NCBI GenBank assembly: GCA_036268375.1
Contig: DATAUH010000080.1
Span: forward strand, 2,706-66,705
Length of the DNA: 64,000 nt
DNA from: Bryobacteraceae bacterium
GTDB taxonomy: Bacteria > Acidobacteriota > Terriglobia > Bryobacterales > Bryobacteraceae
Direction of reading: 5' to 3'
Position 1 is the stretch's first letter; every line of letters starts with the position of its first letter. Below are positions 9,072-16,781 of this stretch, one piece after another. The translations under genes were made by a program, and so were the position numbers. Below the pieces are notes generated by a model, which searched no databases, was not told the DNA's origin, and saw only the letters and a list, made by a program, of their open reading frames with translations.

Positions 9072-9779
9072 TTACTGCAGCTTTTTGATCCGGATATTTT
9101 TCACTTCTACTTTCATCGGCGGGCCTTTGTGCACTTGAATACCGATGAGGCCACTCATCTTGCGGTTGGCAGTGTCGTCGTCAATCAACATGCTCATCAG
9201 GCGACCGTTGAGTGTTTGGGCGAGGGTGTTGCCTCGCGCCATGATGTCGAGCGAATTCCAACCGCCGCCGTGAATCAGCGCTTTCAGTTCATCGCCTGAG
9301 CCGAGTGAGCCCAGCATTCCTGGCTTCTTTCCCGCCCCGATATAGCTGAACTGCCCGCGCATTGCCAGGAACCCGCGGCCGCGCTCTTCGTAAATTTGGC
9401 CGGTGTACTGTTGTTCACCGTCCATGTCCGCCTGATATCCCTTCATGGCCCACTTGATGTCGGGAAGTTCGATGCTGCGAAATTGAATGCCGCTGTTGAA
9501 GCCGGTCAGCTTGAAATCCAGCTTGAGTTCGAAATCGGCAGGTTCGCCGCCGCGCCAGATCAGAAACGTATTCTGCTGTGGCTGCTTGTCGGTTGTCGTC
9601 TGGCCGACCAGGGCGCCATTTTCCACGCGCCAGAATTTGGGATCGCCGTCCCAGCCTTTCATTGTGCCGTCGAAGATGGATTGATAGCCGGTCTCTTCGA
9701 GCGGTCCGACCTGCGGGGCTTGGCCGCGCAGCGAAAAGCAAAGCGCAACCGCGGAGGCTGCGTAGAGGATGCGACGCAT
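9072..9779 (-). CDS. Secreted DUF1080 / 3-keto-disaccharide-hydrolase-family protein
   Basis: The ORF is 235 aa with a signal peptide (MRRILYAASAVALCFSLRGQA). It carries FDGTMKGWDGDPKFWRVENGALVG...IWRGGEPADFELKLDFK...IQVH and ends in NIRIKKL, the usual DUF1080 pattern. Confidence 0.75.
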   Translation of the reverse strand: MRRILYAASAVALCFSLRGQAPQVGPLEETGYQSIFDGTMKGWDGDPKFWRVENGALVGQTTTDKQPQQNTFLIWRGGEPADFELKLDFKLTGFNSGIQFRSIELPDIKWAMKGYQADMDGEQQYTGQIYEERGRGFLAMRGQFSYIGAGKKPGMLGSLGSGDELKALIHGGGWNSLDIMARGNTLAQTLNGRLMSMLIDDDTANRKMSGLIGIQVHKGPPMKVEVKNIRIKKLQ

Positions 9780-9904
9780 GATGGTGCTCCCTTCATGGCC
9801 GGGCGCGGTACGGGTAATGAAATTACGCCGGGCATCGACAATTTATAACAGCGGCCCAGAGGTGTCAATCTGCCCGTTTTCGAGGATTTGAACGATTCAA
9901 TCCT

Positions 9905-11014
9905 ATGAGTGCGCTGGGGTGGGGCAATCATTGGTACGCTGAAGGTTTGAGGGAAAGAATTGCATGCCTCGCCCTCGTCGCGGCGGGGCTGACAGTCTCA
10001 TGCGGTCCTTCGCGGGCTCCAGAGATGGCCGTGCATCCTGTAGGCAAGCCTGTCGCGATTCCTGCGCCGTTGGGACTGCCGCCGGTGCCGATTCCCGCTG
10101 ATAATCCTCCTACGGCGGAAACTATTGCGCTTGGGCGGCGTCTGTTCTACGACCCGCGGCTTTCCAGCGACGAAACGCTTTCTTGCGCCAGTTGCCACAA
10201 TCCGCAACTCGATTTCACGGACGGGCGGCGTGTCGGACAAGGCGTTCGCAGCCAGCAGGGTACGCGCAACACTCCCACGATATTGGACGCGGCGTATAAC
10301 CTGACGCAGTTTTGGGATGGCCGCGCGCCGAACCTGGAAGACCAGTCCGGGGCGCCAATTGCCAATCCAATTGAGATGGCGCAGACGCATGACGCCTGCG
10401 TGATCAAACTGAATCGCGATGCCGCATACAGGCGTGATTTCGCAGCGGCCTTCGGGCCAGGGCCAGTGACAATGAAGAAGGCCGAGATGGCGGTGGCCAG
10501 CTTTGAGCGCACGCTGGTGAGCGGCAACTCGGCGTTCGATCGCTACCAGTTCAGCGGCGATAAAACGGCAATGAGTCCGGCGGCGATACGCGGTTTGGCG
10601 ATCTTCACGGATAAGCAGCGTGGCAACTGCTCAACGTGTCACACGATTGAAAAAACCTACGCGCTGTTCACTGACGGGAAATTTCATAATCTGGGCGAGG
10701 GCATGAACTCGGAGGGTGAGTTGACGGATATGGGCCGCTACACTCAAACCCACGTAGAGGCCGACCGCGGCGCATTCCGCACTCCCACCCTGCGCAATGT
10801 CGCGAAGACTGCGCCGTACATGCACGACGGAAGCAAGAAGACCCTGAAGGAAGTGGTGGATTTCTACGTGGGCGGCGGCAATTCGAATCCGCAGTTGGAC
10901 AAAGAGATTAAAGAACTGAAGCTGAGCGGACAGGAGCGCGAAGATCTGGTTGCGTTTTTAGAAGCTTTGACCTGCGAACCGCCGAAGAACGCTGCTCCTC
11001 CCAAGTCGGAATAA
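9905..11014 (+). CDS. Di-haem cytochrome c peroxidase family protein (CCP/MauG/MbnH family)
   Basis: Two CxxCH motifs are present (CASCH at aa 94-98 and CSTCH at aa 242-246). Also present are FWDGRAP and FRTPTLRNVAKTAPYMHDGS. There is a possible lipobox LTVSC. Confidence 0.85.
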   Translation: MSALGWGNHWYAEGLRERIACLALVAAGLTVSCGPSRAPEMAVHPVGKPVAIPAPLGLPPVPIPADNPPTAETIALGRRLFYDPRLSSDETLSCASCHNPQLDFTDGRRVGQGVRSQQGTRNTPTILDAAYNLTQFWDGRAPNLEDQSGAPIANPIEMAQTHDACVIKLNRDAAYRRDFAAAFGPGPVTMKKAEMAVASFERTLVSGNSAFDRYQFSGDKTAMSPAAIRGLAIFTDKQRGNCSTCHTIEKTYALFTDGKFHNLGEGMNSEGELTDMGRYTQTHVEADRGAFRTPTLRNVAKTAPYMHDGSKKTLKEVVDFYVGGGNSNPQLDKEIKELKLSGQEREDLVAFLEALTCEPPKNAAPPKSE

Positions 11015-11015
11015 T

Positions 11016-11801
11016 ATGAACAAAAGTCTGTGGGGCACAAGCTTGGCCATAGTCGCCACGGCTGCGCTCGCCGGCTGCAATTCCACGCCGCCGGCGGCGA
11101 AAAAAGAGGAGTCCAAAGCCGCGCCGGTGTATTTCAAAGTCGATCCGGCTACCGCGGGCTCCGTCTCGGGAAAGGTCACATACAAGGGAAAAATCCCGCC
11201 CCACAAAGTGGTCGATATGTCGGAAGATCCGCAGTGCTCCGCGATTCACAAGCACTCACCGGTTCATGACGATGCGATTTCAGCGGCGCGCGACGGATCG
11301 CTGGCGAACGTTTTTATTTACGTGAAGGCTGGCCTGGAGGGCAAGAAATTTGAGCCGCCGCCGCAGCCAGCCACGATCGACCAAAAGGGCTGCTGGTTCA
11401 TCCCGCGCGTGGTGGGCATACAAACCGCGCAGACGCTGGATGTGGTGAATTCCGATCCCGTGACGCACAACATCCACCCGCGCCCACACCTGAATCGTGA
11501 ATGGAATCAGAGTCAGGATCCGGGAGCAGCGCCGTTGACGCGCCACTTCGTCGCGCCCGAGGTGATGATTCGCGTGAAGTGCAACATCCATTCGTGGATG
11601 CACTCGTGGATCGGAGTGGTGGATAATCCTTACTTTGCAGTAACGGGCGCGGACGGCAAATTTGACTTGAGCAATCTTCCGCCGGGAAACTACACGATCG
11701 AAGCCTGGCAAGAGGAATTGGGAACATCGCAGCAGCAGGTGACGGTAACGCCGCAATCGAAGAGCGAAATTCAATTCACGTTCCAGGGAGAAACGAAATG
11801 A
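11016..11801 (+). CDS. Cupredoxin-like lipoprotein (family often annotated 'methylamine utilization protein')
   Basis: The lipobox is AALAGC. The motif VVNSDPVTHNIHP ... VKCNIHSWMHSWIGVVDNP gives a type-1-copper-like H...C-x2-H-x2-M arrangement. The N-terminal part (GSVSGKVTYKGKIPP) looks CarboxypepD_reg-like. There is a 1-nt gap after the peroxidase gene. Confidence 0.6.
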   Translation: MNKSLWGTSLAIVATAALAGCNSTPPAAKKEESKAAPVYFKVDPATAGSVSGKVTYKGKIPPHKVVDMSEDPQCSAIHKHSPVHDDAISAARDGSLANVFIYVKAGLEGKKFEPPPQPATIDQKGCWFIPRVVGIQTAQTLDVVNSDPVTHNIHPRPHLNREWNQSQDPGAAPLTRHFVAPEVMIRVKCNIHSWMHSWIGVVDNPYFAVTGADGKFDLSNLPPGNYTIEAWQEELGTSQQQVTVTPQSKSEIQFTFQGETK

Positions 11802-12874
11802 AAGTAGCCGTGATGGGCGCAGTCGCGTTGGCCGCACTGCTGGCGGGATGTTCTTCGAACGGGCCGGAACAGGCGTCGAAAGCGCCCGAATCCGCTCCAG
11901 CCGCAGCGCCTGCGCTGCCGAGCGGACCCAAGGCGTACATCAGCAACGAAACGTCGGGAGAGATGACCATCATCGATCTGACGAAGCAGGAAGCCGTTGC
12001 GACCGTGGCCCTGGGCACGCGGCCACGCGGCATACATGCCAGCCCAGACAAGCAGACGATTTACGTTGCGCTGAGCGGCACCCCGCCCGCGCCCCCGGGA
12101 GTGGATGAAAGCACGCTGCCGCCGGCCGATCACAGCAAAGACGGCATCGGCGTTTGGGACGTGAAGCAGAACAAGATGGTGCGGACGCTGCAGGGCGGCT
12201 CGGATCCAGAAAATTTCACCGTCAGCAACGACGGCAAGACGATCTACGTGTCGAATGAAGATGCCTCCGGCGTGAGCTTTATCGACGTTGCGTCGGGAAA
12301 GGTGACCAACACCATCAAGACCGGTGACGAACCCGAAGGCGTATCGCTGACGCCCGATGGGTCACGAGTTTATTCGACCTCGGAAGACGACGGCACACTT
12401 TCGGTGATCGACCCCGTAAGCGCCAAGCTCATCAAGACGTTCAAAGTGGGCCACCGGCCGCGCAGTATCGTGTTTATGCCCGACGGTAAGCACGGTTACT
12501 GTAATGCGGAAAACGATGGCGACATCCTCTACTTCGACGCGACGAAGAATCAGGTGATCAAGCCGATTCCGTTGGGCAAGCCGGGCGAGATTAAGCCGAT
12601 GGGCCTTGTGTTCTCGCCCGATCACTCCAAGCTGTACGTCAGCACGGGCCGCGGTCGCAAGGTATTTGTAGTGGACACCGCGACCAATAAGCCGGTTGGT
12701 TCGTTTGAAGTGGGCCAGCGGCCATGGGGCATGGGAATTACGTCCGATGGTAAGACGCTCGTGACAGCGAACGGGCCTTCCGGCGATGTTTCGATCGTGG
12801 ATCTCGGCACGCAAACGGTCACGAAGAAGATTAAAGCGGGCGGCGGCCCCTGGGGCGTGCAGATTATAGAGTAA
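11798..12874 (+). CDS. YVTN-family beta-propeller repeat lipoprotein
   Basis: The lipobox is LLAGCSS. Units of about 40 residues recur (YISNETSGEMTIID, IYVALSG, IYVSNEDASGVSFID, VYSTSEDDGTLSVID, YCNAENDGDILYFD, LYVSTGRGRKVFVVD, LVTANGPSGDVSIVD). An ATGA overlap joins it to the upstream gene. Confidence 0.8.
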   Translation: MKVAVMGAVALAALLAGCSSNGPEQASKAPESAPAAAPALPSGPKAYISNETSGEMTIIDLTKQEAVATVALGTRPRGIHASPDKQTIYVALSGTPPAPPGVDESTLPPADHSKDGIGVWDVKQNKMVRTLQGGSDPENFTVSNDGKTIYVSNEDASGVSFIDVASGKVTNTIKTGDEPEGVSLTPDGSRVYSTSEDDGTLSVIDPVSAKLIKTFKVGHRPRSIVFMPDGKHGYCNAENDGDILYFDATKNQVIKPIPLGKPGEIKPMGLVFSPDHSKLYVSTGRGRKVFVVDTATNKPVGSFEVGQRPWGMGITSDGKTLVTANGPSGDVSIVDLGTQTVTKKIKAGGGPWGVQIIE

Positions 12875-13043
12875 GTCCGGACTTACTCCGGAGCGTGGCG
12901 TTTGATTACTCGCAAAGGCAGAAAAACGTTGCGTTCCGCTTCAGAGTTCCGGCGTACAATGGCCTCAATCACACGCGGTTCAGGTGGTCCATGCTCCGCA
13001 TCTCGCATTGTGCGGTGGGCCGGAAAACAAAGAGGATACTGTC

Positions 13044-14099
13044 ATGGTGCTTAGCAGACGGGATTTCGGAAAAGCGGCGGTCGCCGCGGCGGGAGTGACG
13101 CGCGCATGGGCGGCGATCAACTCCAAGTTTGACGGCGTGCAGATCGGCGCCATCACCTACAGCTTCAATTCCATTGCGCGTGACCCCGAGGCCATCATAA
13201 AAGCGATGGTTGACATTGGACTGGGCGAGGCCGAGCTTATGTCCAACCATTGCGAGGCGCTGGCCGGCATGCCCGCGATGCCGAACTTCGGACGTGGTGG
13301 TGGCGCGGGTCGCGGTCGGGGTCAGGGACGTGGCGCAGATGCAACTGCGGCGCCTCCAAACGCGCAGGCAGCCGCGGGCGGTCCTCCACAGGGACGTGGA
13401 CCTCGAGGCGGCGGTCGCGCGCCGTTGACTCCGGAGCAGCAGGAAGAGATGAACCAAGCGCGCGAGGGCGCAGCCAAGTGGAGAACCTCCGCAACCCCGG
13501 CCACCTGGAAAGGCGTGCGCAAGAAGTTCAACGACGCGGGCATTCAGGTTGCCCTGCTTTGCTACAACATGAACGACAACATGAAAGATGAGGACATCGA
13601 ATACGGCTTTTCGATGGCCGAGGGCTTAGGCGTCAAGGCGATCTCCACCAGCACCACGCTCACCATGGCGAAGCGGATCGCGCCGCTCGCCGACAAGCAC
13701 AAAATGATGGTCGGATACCACGGTCACGATCAAACCAGCGATCCCAATCAGACCGCGACGCTCGAAAGCTATGACACGCTGATGGCGTACGGCAAATACA
13801 ACGGCATTAACCTGGACATTGGCCACTTCACGGCAGCCAACTATGATGCGGTCGCCTTCATCAAACAGCATCACGACAAGATCACCAACCTGCATTTGAA
13901 AGATCGCAAGAAGGACCACGGTTCCAATGTTCCGTGGGGACAGGGCGATACGCCCATTCGCGACGTGCTGCAACTCGTAAAAAAGGAAAAGTACGCCTTC
14001 CCGGCGAACATCGAGATGGAGTATCCGATTCCGGAGGGTTCCGATATCGTAGCCGAAATGAAGAAGTGCCTCGCTTATTGCAAGGACGCGCTGGCGTAG
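13044..14099 (+). CDS. TAT-exported xylose-isomerase-like TIM-barrel protein (sugar phosphate isomerase/epimerase family)
   Basis: The twin-arginine leader is MVLSRRDFGKAAVAAAGV. The C-terminal part (NLDIGHF...HLKD...ANIEMEY) is typical of the AP-endonuclease-2/xylose-isomerase-like fold. A 43-aa Gly/Arg-rich insertion occupies nt 13290-13418. The start is placed at ATG 13044; the ORF is open from 12984. Confidence 0.7.
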   Translation: MVLSRRDFGKAAVAAAGVTRAWAAINSKFDGVQIGAITYSFNSIARDPEAIIKAMVDIGLGEAELMSNHCEALAGMPAMPNFGRGGGAGRGRGQGRGADATAAPPNAQAAAGGPPQGRGPRGGGRAPLTPEQQEEMNQAREGAAKWRTSATPATWKGVRKKFNDAGIQVALLCYNMNDNMKDEDIEYGFSMAEGLGVKAISTSTTLTMAKRIAPLADKHKMMVGYHGHDQTSDPNQTATLESYDTLMAYGKYNGINLDIGHFTAANYDAVAFIKQHHDKITNLHLKDRKKDHGSNVPWGQGDTPIRDVLQLVKKEKYAFPANIEMEYPIPEGSDIVAEMKKCLAYCKDALA

Positions 14100-14108
14100 A
14101 ATGCATGA

Positions 14109-15059
14109 TTGGGCGCGTGGACGCCAAAGGATTTTGGGGAGAATCGATTGTTGAGCAGAATTATTTTCGGGGCCGCCGCGCTGGCGCTTGCGCTTTCGGC
14201 CCAGCAGGCGCCGCCTGCTACGGGAACACAGACACAAAATCAAACGCCGCCCGCGGGCGGCCGGGGACGTGGAGGCGCCGCGCCTCAGGGGGGCGGCGGA
14301 GGGGGCGGGTTCGCCAATGCGTTTCCGCAACACGAGCAGGCCGACCCGGCGCAGATCGAACGCGGCAAGGCGCTTTACGGCGTGCATTGCACGTTCTGTC
14401 ACGGCTCTGACGTACGTGGCGGCGAAGGCGGCCCGAACCTGTTGCGATCGCAACTGGTGTTGAGCGACAAGGCGGGAGAGGCGATCGCTCCGGTCGTTTT
14501 GAACGGACGCCCGGATGCCGGCATGCCGAAATTCAATCTGACCAACGAACAGATCTCTGACATCGCCGCGTTCATTCACAGCTTCCGCGTGGCCGGCTAT
14601 GATGCCTCGCGCGAACGGCCTATCAGCATTCTTGTGGGCGACGCACAAGCAGGGGAAGCCTACTTCAAGACCAAGTGTGCGTCGTGCCATTCGCCCACGG
14701 GCGATCTGAAAGGATTCGCGAGCAAGATCACCGAACCGCGCGCGCTGCAACAGGCTTGGATGATGCCGGGCGGCGGGGGACGGGGTGGCCGTGGTGGTGG
14801 CGGCGGAAGCGCAGTTCCACCGACGACCGTGACCGTGACGATGCCGAACGGCCAAAAGATGGAAGGCCGCTTGTTGCGCATCGATGATTTTCTGGTGACG
14901 TTAAGCGATGCTAACGGTATTGAGCATTCTATTCGCCGCGACGGCAACGTTCCCAAAGTAGAGGTGCACGATCCGCTCGAGCCGCATCGTGAACTGCTGC
15001 GCGTCTACACCGACAAGAATATTCACGACCTAACTGCTTATCTGGTGACCTTGAAATGA
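14109..15059 (+). CDS. Periplasmic di-haem cytochrome c
   Basis: CTFCH (nt 14388-14402) and CASCH (nt 14676-14690) are present. A signal-like segment IIFGAAALALALSAQQ is present. Two Gly/Arg tracts occur. The gene is 9 nt after the TIM-barrel gene and is overlapped by the PQQ dehydrogenase start. Confidence 0.8.
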   Translation: MGAWTPKDFGENRLLSRIIFGAAALALALSAQQAPPATGTQTQNQTPPAGGRGRGGAAPQGGGGGGGFANAFPQHEQADPAQIERGKALYGVHCTFCHGSDVRGGEGGPNLLRSQLVLSDKAGEAIAPVVLNGRPDAGMPKFNLTNEQISDIAAFIHSFRVAGYDASRERPISILVGDAQAGEAYFKTKCASCHSPTGDLKGFASKITEPRALQQAWMMPGGGGRGGRGGGGGSAVPPTTVTVTMPNGQKMEGRLLRIDDFLVTLSDANGIEHSIRRDGNVPKVEVHDPLEPHRELLRVYTDKNIHDLTAYLVTLK

Positions 15060-16717
15060 TTTCGACCAAAATTCTCCTGCGTGTTGCGATTGGCTTGGCT
15101 CCGGTTCTTCTGGCGGCCCAGGGCCTGGACCCAACGCTGATCAACAAGCCGCTGAAGGAAGATTGGCCGACGTACAACGGCGACTATTCCGGTAAGCGCT
15201 ACAGCGCGCTGACGCTGATCAATCAATCGAACGTTTCCCATTTGACGCTCGCCTGGGTGGCCCGCGTGACTGCGGGGTCGGGCGGCGGAGGTGGAGGCCG
15301 CGGGGGTGGCGGCGCGCCCACCATCGTTGGCGGCGAAGGCAACGACACCGGGGCGACGGGTGCGAATATCCGCGCGTCAATCCTGGAAGTGAACAGCAAG
15401 CTGTACTTTGCGACGCCCGACAACGCCTGGGCTATGGACGCGCGTGACGGCCGCATCCTGTGGCACTACTTCTGGAAGACCAAGGGTGGCACCCACATCG
15501 GCAATCGCGGGCTGGGCATGTGGCACAACTGGCTCTACATGGAAACGCCCGACGATTACCTCGTCTGCCTGGACGCCACCACCGGCAAAGAGCGATGGCA
15601 CGTGGAGATCTCGGACTTCAACCAACAGTATTTCTCCACTATGGCGCCGATCGTTGTCGGCAACCACATCCTGGTGGGTACCGGTGACGATTTGGATGCG
15701 CCCGGATTCCTGCAATCGCGCGATCCCGAAACCGGCGCTTTGCAGTGGAAGTGGTTTTCCACGCCGCAGCAGAAGGGCGATGCCGGTCTGGATACTTGGG
15801 GCAGCCTGGACGCCGCCCGTCACGGCGGTGGGCAGATCTGGATCCCGGGCGCTTACGATCCCGATACGCATCTGTACATCACCGGCACGGGTAATCCAAC
15901 GCCGGCGTACACGTCGCAATCGCGCGGACCGGGCGACAACCTTTACACCTGTTCGCTGGTGGCGATCAACGTAGAGACCGGCAAGATGCAGTGGCACTTC
16001 CAGACTTCACCGCATGACACGCACGACTGGGATTCCACGGAGACGCCCATCATTGCGAACGTCACGATAGACGGCAAGCCGCGGAAAGTCGTGATGCACG
16101 CCAGCCGCAACGGCTATTACTTCACCCTGGACGCGCTCACCGGGCAGCATATCGTTACGTCGAAATTTTCGGATACAGTGAATTGGGCCAAGGGCATCGA
16201 TAAGCGGGGCGAGCCCGAACGCGACCCGGCAAAGGATTTCGATATCGCTGGGGCGCTGGTTTCGCCCGCGAATGGCGGCGTCACCAATTGGCCGCCTCCC
16301 GCTTTCAGTCCCGACGCCGGCCTCTTCTATGTTCCCCAGACCGACAGCTATGCAATGTACTACTTGACCGAGACCGACCCTCGCGGCGCAATGGGCCTGG
16401 GCGGAAAGGACGAAGTGGGTCTGGGGTCGCTGGGCAATTACTTGACGGCGATCGATTACAAGACTGGCAAGATCGCGTGGCGCCACAAGTATCCCGGAAA
16501 CGGTGGTATGAACGGCATGCTGACGACTGCGGGGAAACTGCTGTTCGCGGGCGACACGGCGGGGAATCTGGTGGCATACGATCCTGCCGATGGAAAGATC
16601 CTCTGGCACACGCGCCTCGGATCGGTTTCGAACGCGCCGGAAACGTACCTGCTGGATGGACACCAGTACATTCTGATAGCTGCGGGCGACACGCTGTATT
16701 CGTTCGTGTTGTATTGA
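15056..16717 (+). CDS. Soluble PQQ-dependent dehydrogenase (quinoprotein, 8-bladed propeller; acidobacterial 'empty quinoprotein' type)
   Basis: The ORF is 553 aa with a signal peptide. It contains WPTYNGDYSGKRYS, repeated W-motif blades, QTSPHDTHDWDSTETP (catalytic Asp region) and LLFAGDTAGNLVAYDPADGKILW. An ATGA overlap joins it to the cytochrome c gene. Confidence 0.8.
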   Translation: MISTKILLRVAIGLAPVLLAAQGLDPTLINKPLKEDWPTYNGDYSGKRYSALTLINQSNVSHLTLAWVARVTAGSGGGGGGRGGGGAPTIVGGEGNDTGATGANIRASILEVNSKLYFATPDNAWAMDARDGRILWHYFWKTKGGTHIGNRGLGMWHNWLYMETPDDYLVCLDATTGKERWHVEISDFNQQYFSTMAPIVVGNHILVGTGDDLDAPGFLQSRDPETGALQWKWFSTPQQKGDAGLDTWGSLDAARHGGGQIWIPGAYDPDTHLYITGTGNPTPAYTSQSRGPGDNLYTCSLVAINVETGKMQWHFQTSPHDTHDWDSTETPIIANVTIDGKPRKVVMHASRNGYYFTLDALTGQHIVTSKFSDTVNWAKGIDKRGEPERDPAKDFDIAGALVSPANGGVTNWPPPAFSPDAGLFYVPQTDSYAMYYLTETDPRGAMGLGGKDEVGLGSLGNYLTAIDYKTGKIAWRHKYPGNGGMNGMLTTAGKLLFAGDTAGNLVAYDPADGKILWHTRLGSVSNAPETYLLDGHQYILIAAGDTLYSFVLY

Positions 16718-16745
16718 TCGTTCGGAGTTAGCCCGTAGAGATCAG

Positions 16746-16781
16746 GCCCGCCGTCAAGCTCGCGGCGGGCTTTTCTATTTT
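16746..16781 (+). terminator. Intrinsic terminator after the PQQ dehydrogenase operon
   Basis: The stem is gcccgccg / cggcgggc (8 bp) with a 9-nt loop, followed by ttttctatttt. The T-tract runs into the polA stop codon on the other strand. Confidence 0.6.

Noticed and set aside
9780-9904. An imperfect inverted repeat, ggatttgaacgattcaatcc, in the divergent promoter region between the DUF1080 gene and the peroxidase gene.
   Set aside because: Only 7 of 10 pairs are Watson-Crick, plus one G-T, so it is indistinguishable from chance in a 125-nt AT-richer spacer.
10882-10890. The sequence ttcgaatcc resembles a tRNA T-loop.
   Set aside because: It is embedded in the peroxidase coding frame (GGNSNPQ). 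No acceptor or anticodon stems can be built around it. I found no tRNA anywhere in the window.
12870-12887. A perfect 18-nt palindrome, agtaagtccggacttact, overlapping the stop codon of the YVTN gene. I considered it as an intrinsic terminator.
   Set aside because: The stem would be only 7 bp, AT-rich and with a 4-nt loop, and no T-tract follows. It could still be a protein-binding site, but the evidence is too thin to call it a feature.
13626-14855. A 409-aa reverse-strand ORF. Other long 'shadow' ORFs are 1372-2346 (+), 5616-6515 (-), 5973-6935 (+), 7895-8851 (-), 40856-41920 (-), 45337-46245 (-), 57446-58318 (-) and 61098-61922 (-).
   Set aside because: All lie antisense to, or out of frame within, genes with unmistakable family signatures. 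Their products are Arg/Ala/Gly/Pro-rich with no motifs, which is typical of open non-coding frames in high-GC DNA.
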